Assembly: GCA_002633005.1 (NCBI GenBank)
Contig: NMRA01000479.1
Span: forward strand, 126,317 to 190,316
Direction of reading: 5' to 3'
DNA length: 64,000 nucleotides
From: Phoronis australis
Taxonomy: Eukaryota > Animalia > Phoronida
The notes under the pieces are model-generated. The model saw nothing but the letters and a program-made list of their open reading frames with translations, was not told the origin of the DNA and ran no database searches. The number at the start of each line of letters is the position of its first letter. The stretch's first letter is position 1. This document shows positions 61,401 through 64,000 of this stretch, piece after piece. Position numbers and translations under genes: made by a program.

Positions 61401-61873
61401 TATTCCTGATATTAAAAAAGTGTTTACTGAACATCAAAGGAAATAGCACTTTTGGCAGCGAATCTAAGCTATCACAGTTTTTGTAAAAATGAAACCATGC
61501 AAAACACGAAGACAGTTCAAGTTATAACCAGAGATGAACAGGAATACCATGATCTTGAATAATAAGCAAAACTATATTTGGGTTTGGCCCAAACCTCATT
61601 GCCGCAAAACTCCAGGGATGTTCCTGGACTATGACTGTGGCATTAGTGTGTAAAGAATACTACGCTGCAAGTAAATTGCAACTGTGTGCCCATGGGGTGC
61701 ATCTTTTCAAATATGCAGCATTGTAGTCAATTTACCTTAGTGTGCACAGCGATACAACTGGCCACCATCTTTTCAAGGATTGTGGTAAGGTCATTCCCAA
61801 TCCGTTCATACTTGACCTTTGGTTCAACCAATTCCTCTTCCTCAGAGCTTGTTTCATCAGATTCCTCCTCAAC
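25371..61873 (-). CDS. VPS41: Vacuolar protein sorting-associated protein 41 (HOPS subunit); 22 coding exons found, start exon not located
   Basis: Acidic N-terminus plus EPKVKYERIGND, WD-like repeats (ASCSDDGR, FVTGD, IAWAND, LLIGWG), clathrin-heavy-chain-repeat region (LRDSLVKILQDYNLQ), C-terminal RING-H2 (FYCHHAFHEDC..CVIC). 2526 nt in frame across 21 GT-AG introns. Confidence 0.95.
25840..25919 (-). CDS. VPS41: VPS41 exon (RING-H2)
   Basis: LRHASNVVIFYCHHAFHEDCLPAHDV. Confidence 0.9.
26136..26650. mobile_element. Inverted-repeat element (~145-bp arms) with hammerhead-like cores, possibly Penelope pLTR-derived
   Basis: ATGAGTAAATACATTTCATGCTTTGCA... versus ...TGCAAAGCATGAAATGTATTCACTCAT; CTGATGA...GAAA in each arm. 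Confidence 0.6.
27191..27332 (-). CDS. VPS41: VPS41 exon
   Basis: ISLREGCCKILVADCVHLLERQ...TCQACRGKIIVN. Confidence 0.9.
27657..27793 (-). CDS. VPS41: VPS41 exon
   Basis: FIKGLMHNIGTDVDPIILIGKIREGMVIHGLRDSLVKILQDYNLQ. Confidence 0.92.
27888..28028. repeat. 27-bp minisatellite x5
   Basis: CAGGGAATTGACTCATCTTCATCAGTG repeated. Confidence 0.9.
28816..28956 (-). CDS. VPS41: VPS41 exon
   Basis: KMGDSKQALKLITNELKDVNKAIDFCKEKNDGELWTDLINYSIDKP. Confidence 0.92.
29157..29749. mobile_element. PIF/Harbinger-like MITE
   Basis: TAA|GGGCTGTTCCAG ... CTGGAACAGCCC|TAA: 12-bp perfect TIR extending imperfectly, TAA target duplication. Confidence 0.75.
30017..30397. other. Assembly gap (N run)
   Basis: 381 consecutive N. 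Confidence 0.99.
31028..31278. repeat. ~26-bp degenerate minisatellite
   Basis: TCTCCAGTGTATGAACAAATGAGCGG-like units; also at ~30678-30724. Confidence 0.8.
31470..32290 (+). mobile_element. Family A modular repeat copy
   Basis: AGCGTTGAAATGC head; CCACTAG monomers homologous to 57965-59250. Confidence 0.7.
32359..32551 (-). CDS. VPS41: VPS41 exon
   Basis: YLDRLFHKDPHMGQEFHERQVRLYAEYNPAKLLSFL...ETVFLL. Confidence 0.92.
32755..32955. repeat. ~26-bp minisatellite next to a VPS41 donor
   Basis: CAGTCTTACCACATATACAATAGCCC repeated. Confidence 0.85.
33002..33052 (-). CDS. VPS41: VPS41 51-nt exon
   Basis: IQEVVRQLEKTPELLHV; phase 0/0. Confidence 0.85.
33444..33546. repeat. ~34-bp tandem repeat x3
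   Basis: GATATTTTTTTCAGCTCTAATGAATAAAGTTT. Confidence 0.85.
33782..34109. repeat. 73-bp tandem repeat x~4 overlapping a VPS41 exon end and donor
   Basis: Unit starts at 33814, 33887, 33960 and 34033; the last unit runs into exon 34078-34216. Confidence 0.92.
34078..34216 (-). CDS. VPS41: VPS41 exon
   Basis: LKHKDAFELIDRHNLFNTITDKIVMLMEFDRSRAVTLLLDNTDKIA. Confidence 0.9.
34441..34636. repeat. 35-bp minisatellite x~5.5
   Basis: CATTCTAACTGCAGGGTGGCTTACTAACTTCACTT repeated. Confidence 0.92.
34978..35153 (-). CDS. VPS41: VPS41 exon
   Basis: GFQKMVKEWPSELYNIPTII...LGELYTYEKRYDKALTIYL. Confidence 0.92.
35879..35944. repeat. (GCA)n microsatellite
   Basis: GCAGCAGCA...GGAGCA run in an intron. 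Confidence 0.92.
36977..37073. repeat. 16-bp minisatellite x6
   Basis: ATAACCACTGGACATC repeated. Confidence 0.92.
37576..38520 (+). mobile_element. Family A modular repeat copy
   Basis: AACAAGAGCAACACAGAGCGTTGA head; CCACTAGG monomers. Confidence 0.7.
38785..38877 (-). CDS. VPS41: VPS41 exon
   Basis: VLAPYLPQGEPKLSPAIYEMVLNEFLQTDIP. Confidence 0.92.
39146..39346 (-). CDS. VPS41: VPS41 exon
   Basis: AAMAAA...IGRKYMDFLL...AARLCIKVL...WEEQAFKFAAIQQLK. Confidence 0.92.
39660..40030 (+). mobile_element. Degenerate family A fragment
   Basis: GTCACTAGGTGG, GCCAATAGGAGGC, CCACTAGGTGGTGC, CCTGCAGGGGTTTAGG. Confidence 0.55.
40696..40811 (-). CDS. VPS41: VPS41 exon
   Basis: CINEENLFFVVSPKDVVVAKPCDDDDHIKWLLEQEQFE. 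Confidence 0.92.
42167..42299 (-). CDS. VPS41: VPS41 exon
   Basis: TGRIMACRPNLRVVEPALEGYEELSNDALSIRGFNEYRCNEYHL. Confidence 0.92.
42363..42600 (+). pseudogene. LINE (CR1/L2-type) reverse transcriptase fragment
   Basis: YINDLP...LYAGDTAL...DLNKL...EWGMNFKPEKT matches the non-LTR RT YINDL/YADD/W.M.FN..K pattern. Confidence 0.75.
42770..43543 (+). mobile_element. HINE-like dispersed repeat, family B
   Basis: Homolog of 7226-8050; terminal hairpin TACTTGGCGGAA-GAA-TTCCGCCAAGTA (43515-43541). Confidence 0.7.
43560..43822 (+). mobile_element. HINE-like 3' end fragment
   Basis: ACAG-type repeats followed by hairpin ATACCCCCCACAC...GTGTGGGGGGTAT. Confidence 0.45.
44216..45522. mobile_element. Foldback-like element with ~320-bp terminal inverted repeats
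   Basis: 44216-44540 is the reverse complement of ~45200-45522; internal GCGGAATATTCCGC and GCGGAACCGTTCCGC palindromic subrepeats; TA flanks. Confidence 0.85.
45706..45796. repeat. 27-bp tandem repeat x3
   Basis: AAACTGTGCAGCACTACTATATACTTT. Confidence 0.8.
45836..45927 (-). CDS. VPS41: VPS41 exon
   Basis: AMFNTEFCICGVAPWEENLVLLTYQEMKDE. Confidence 0.9.
46295..47709. mobile_element. Non-autonomous DNA transposon (hAT-like CAGGG termini)
   Basis: TIR CAGGGCTCGAC ... GTCGAGCCCTG; subterminal GGTCGCA/GCTCGCA repeats at both ends; no clean 8-bp TSD. Confidence 0.7.
47790..48680 (+). mobile_element. Degenerate family A copy
   Basis: ACCAAATTTCATGAAAATCC, GGCCACTAAGTG, GCCACTAGATGGC modules. 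Confidence 0.55.
48705..49010. repeat. 44-bp minisatellite x~7
   Basis: ACAGATAAAACAGCAGACACCAGACACTGTGACTGTCACAGAAC repeated. Confidence 0.92.
49144..49210 (-). CDS. VPS41: VPS41 exon
   Basis: VCVVKTRIARDARDLPSKYVEI. Confidence 0.88.
49598..51110 (+). mobile_element. Near-complete family A HINE/Pearl-like element
   Basis: ACAAGAGCAACG head, nine CCACTAG monomers, GGAC-type tract, terminal hairpin CCACATA...TATGTGG. Confidence 0.75.
51230..51624. repeat. 32-bp tandem repeat derived from a VPS41 exon end plus donor
   Basis: CCTTGACAGTGTCACCCCAGCCAATCAATATA x~12; the last unit is coding (LIGWGDTVK). Confidence 0.9.
51596..51677 (-). CDS. VPS41: VPS41 exon
   Basis: LRPELFRCNLFWKDNTTLLIGWGDTVK. 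Confidence 0.9.
51978..52045 (-). CDS. VPS41: VPS41 exon
   Basis: GVKVYDMASRQRITFIAKDMSP. Confidence 0.88.
52040..52276. repeat. 48-bp tandem repeat x5 copying a VPS41 acceptor
   Basis: GACACCCTACAATATATCCAGATATGATTTGGCTGTAACATGTGCCAT repeated. Confidence 0.92.
52487..52684. repeat. 25-bp minisatellite x~8
   Basis: CATGACCGTCATAGTAGCTGTACGT repeated. Confidence 0.9.
52800..53232 (-). pseudogene. Penelope-like retroelement GIY-YIG endonuclease remnant
   Basis: Frameshifted translation PYVHGVCQKL...LKDK...GVIYRIDYPECSASYV.EPARNL...ENKYWCRKTAEAVEIR...SLNRDSGYDLPAI fits the PLE endonuclease pattern. Confidence 0.75.
53285..53695 (+). mobile_element. Degenerate family A fragment
   Basis: TGCCAAATTTCATGAAAAATCC, TAGGGGGCAC, GGTTTAGGAGATACAGC. 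Confidence 0.55.
53918..54034 (-). CDS. VPS41: VPS41 exon
   Basis: LVLSEKGIFGRKSTVLHEGEGTIRNIQWKDTFIAWANDL. Confidence 0.92.
55252..55386 (-). CDS. VPS41: VPS41 exon
   Basis: VVITGLYSSGNNQSIHFDRPVKAIALDPNFYRQNSGRQFVTGDTK. Confidence 0.92.
55468..55606. mobile_element. Small MITE/hairpin with ~45-bp inverted arms
   Basis: TAAAATAGTAAAACTAGTATAACTAAAATGACGAG... versus ...CTCGTCATTTTAGTTTTACTAGTTTCACTATTTTA. Confidence 0.7.
55696..56926 (-). mobile_element. Kolobok-like DNA transposon deletion derivative
   Basis: TTAA|AGGAGAATGCTACCC ... GGGTAGCATTCTCCT|TTAA (15-bp perfect TIR, TTAA TSD, AG terminus); internal THAP remnant. Confidence 0.8.
56440..56765 (-). pseudogene. THAP zinc-finger remnant (transposase N-terminus)
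   Basis: RCIVPTCPN...ISFFRLP...VCGRHF...DF is the C2CH THAP signature; conserved Trp absent and C-terminus frameshifted. Confidence 0.7.
57230..57960 (+). mobile_element. Old degenerate family A modules
   Basis: GGCCACTCGGAAGG, TGCCACTTAG, GGCCACTAGGTG, GTGGTTTGGCTGATAGAG. Confidence 0.5.
57965..59380 (+). mobile_element. Near-complete family A HINE/Pearl-like element
   Basis: AACAAGAGCAACGCGGAGCGTTGAAATGC head, ~145-bp monomers in ~450-bp trimers, (ACGG)n at ~59194-59205, GATGACGGCATAATG tail shared with ~990-1010. Confidence 0.75.
59794..59868 (-). CDS. VPS41: VPS41 exon
   Basis: HTTTVNQISIDDNGDHMASCSDDGR. Confidence 0.92.
60100..61048. mobile_element. Truncated copy of the 44216-45522 foldback element
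   Basis: Shares GCAGAACCGTTCCGCA subrepeats and the right arm (TAATTAAGAAAATGCTAA...GAGACTAAATAAG); left arm absent. Confidence 0.75.
61120..61203 (-). CDS. VPS41: VPS41 exon
   Basis: FVALGTHWGTLHILDHQGNNVRSKEIEA. Confidence 0.92.
61736..61873 (-). CDS. VPS41: VPS41 most 5' coding exon found
   Basis: VEEESDETSSEEEELVEPKVKYERIGNDLTTILEKMVASCIAVHTK; preceded by a pyrimidine-rich acceptor, so the ATG exon lies further upstream. Confidence 0.9.
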
Positions 61874-62132
61874 CTAATCGGGACAGAAGAAAAACAAAAA
61901 ACCAGCATATAACCAGTGCTGTGGTGGGTAAATTACTGCGCTGACAATCTCAAAGGTACAAGGGTCAGCCCCAGCTTGCTAGACAAAATAAAAAAGTGCT
62001 CCTCATTGACCAGCATGAGTGTACAATATACTTGTGCTTCTTCTCCTGAGGACGCTGTAACACCTGAAGATGGCCAGAGCAACGACCAAACGAAACATTG
62101 CGCTAATGAGATTGGTGTAAATAGGTTTTAGA

Positions 62133-63510
62133 AACTAGAAAAAATGTCAGAGGTAAGAGACAATAATGACAAGTTTACAACTAGAAAGATTATTGTCATG
62201 GCGTGACAATAATGGACTCTGCGCGTGTGTATTACTGGTATTGTTATGGGAAGTTATTGACAGTAACCCATTTACAAATAGGAGAAGGAATTCTTTAAAA
62301 TTGTAGGAGAAAATATATGTTAATAATTTAATGACCTTTCGACTAATTGACCTCTTCCGGTGCATTATGAGCGCCGATGAGGGAGAAATTCTAAACTCAA
62401 TTAAAAGTGTGGTTGATGCTAAGAATCACAGATGTTTTACTTTAAGCACTTCAGAATATAAGATGAATGAATTGGACAAACTTTCAGAAGAAAAATGCAC
62501 CTAATGACCCCATGAGTGCACCAAATGGACTGAAAATTTAGAATTCAAACTCAATTGCATTTAGTAAACAGATATGTAATTTTTAAGTCTCTAGCTCAAA
62601 ATTTTAGTTTGCACTCAATGACCTTTGACCTATTTTTTCCGATTGGTTAGGCCTATTGCGAAGTAAAGTAGGGTATTCAATTGGCATGTTGACTTACCCA
62701 AGTGTGCTGAAATTGAAAAGAATTCCTTGAAAAACGTAAGAGATATAACATTTTGAACATTACATGACGTTTGCACTAATTGACCCTATCCGGTGCATTA
62801 TAAGCATCTTTAGGAGAATTAATGCAAAGCCCATGTACAATGTGTTTATGCGGAGAATCACAGTTGTCTGACGGGTGACACATCAGAATACTTGCTGATT
62901 GAAAAGGTCATTTTTCGGAAGAAAAGTGCACCTAATGACCCCATGATTGCACTAAATGACCTAAAACTTTGGATTCCGAATTGAATTTAGTGCGCCAACC
63001 AGACCAGTTAATTTGAATTGTCTAGCTCAAAATTTTAGTTTGCACCTAATGACCTTTGACCTATTTCACCTGATTGGATGACCAGATTACTTAGAAAAGT
63101 AATTTTTTAAATTGCCTTTTTGACTTATACCTCTGTACCAAATTTGAAAATAATAGCTTTTGAAATAAAGAAGGAGTAGCATTTTGAAAATTACATGACC
63201 TTTGCACCAAATGACCTTTTCTGGTGCATTGTTGAATATGAATATATGACAAAGCAAAATTTATATACTGCCTAAAATCATATGTTAAATTTGAAGAACA
63301 TACCTGCAACCATTTTGGAGTTATTAAGTGTCAAAGTTGGTTAGAAGAACAATAAGAATAAGACTAAGAATAAGAATAAGAATAAGAAGAATAAAATTGA
63401 AGAAAACCCAGGAACAACAGTACTCTGCGCTTACACGCGCAGAGTAATAAGAATAAAATTGAAGAAAACCCAGGAACAACAGTACTCTGCGCTTGCATGC
63501 GCAGAGTAAT
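62133..63510 (+). mobile_element. HINE-like modular repeat, family C
   Basis: AACTAGA head, ~431-bp tandem modules rich in TGACC, (TAAGAA)n microsatellite, duplicated terminal hairpin TACTCTGCGC...GCGCAGAGTA. Confidence 0.65.
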
Positions 63511-63601
63511 TTACCTTTCCGGTGGCTTCTGCACCACAGCAGAACTATACAAAAATGTAGAACATGCTGAATCACAGGCAGCACAGTAGAATAGAAATTG
63601 T

Positions 63602-63810
63602 ATACCGTAATCGTTCGGGTTAACGCCCATGCTCAGTTAACCGCCCACCCCTACTTTAGGTGGATTTTCGATTTAACCGCCCACTGCTCGGTTAACCGCC
63701 CCCCTGCTATTTTTGAAGATTTCCAATTAAGCGCCCACCTCTCGGTTAAGCGCCCATCCCCTACTTTTGACGATTGGTGATTACCGCCCTGTGCTAATAG
63801 GAAACGCGAA
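63602..63810. mobile_element. Left end of a Tc1/mariner-like MITE
   Basis: TA|CCGTAA start followed by subterminal TTAA(C)CGCCC repeats; right end not in the window. Confidence 0.5.
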
Positions 63811-64000
63811 TCCCCGACCTTTTAGATTAAGATCGATGATAACATTGAGTGCAACGACGGCCTCAGAGACCGCGGTTTAGCAATGTGAATTATGATACCA
63901 GTAACAAATTATTGTAACGGGTCATCGATTAACTTCAAAATGTAATACTTGAACACTTTGTCACTTTCTTTTCTTCTCATGTTCGCAAACTTTAGGAACC

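Overview
Eukaryotic, AT-rich, repeat-dense animal genomic DNA (probably a marine invertebrate; species not determinable) with one N-gap at 30017-30397. Two convergent intron-rich genes were reconstructed by hand with GT-AG boundaries and consistent phases. (1) A + strand 10-coding-exon kelch beta-propeller gene (9776-22842, ~801 aa) whose sixth blade appears split by a ~450-aa low-complexity insert carrying DSGYMS, RSRSVP/RSNTAP and DNPVY motifs. (2) VPS41 on the - strand (22 coding exons, 25371-61873, ~841 aa; start exon not found). Introns hold non-autonomous elements: Helentron/HINE(Pearl)-like modular repeats, MITEs (PIF-, piggyBac-, hAT- and Tc1-like), a foldback element, a Kolobok-like element with a THAP remnant, Penelope and LINE fragments, and many minisatellites. 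Main observations: a dispersed repeat whose ~145-bp monomers each carry a CTCF-consensus motif; sister families carrying YY1/ETS/NRF1 or DR1 motifs; tandem duplications that repeatedly copy VPS41 splice sites; and an intronic inverted repeat with hammerhead-ribozyme-like cores. Family assignments come from motif recognition, not database searches.
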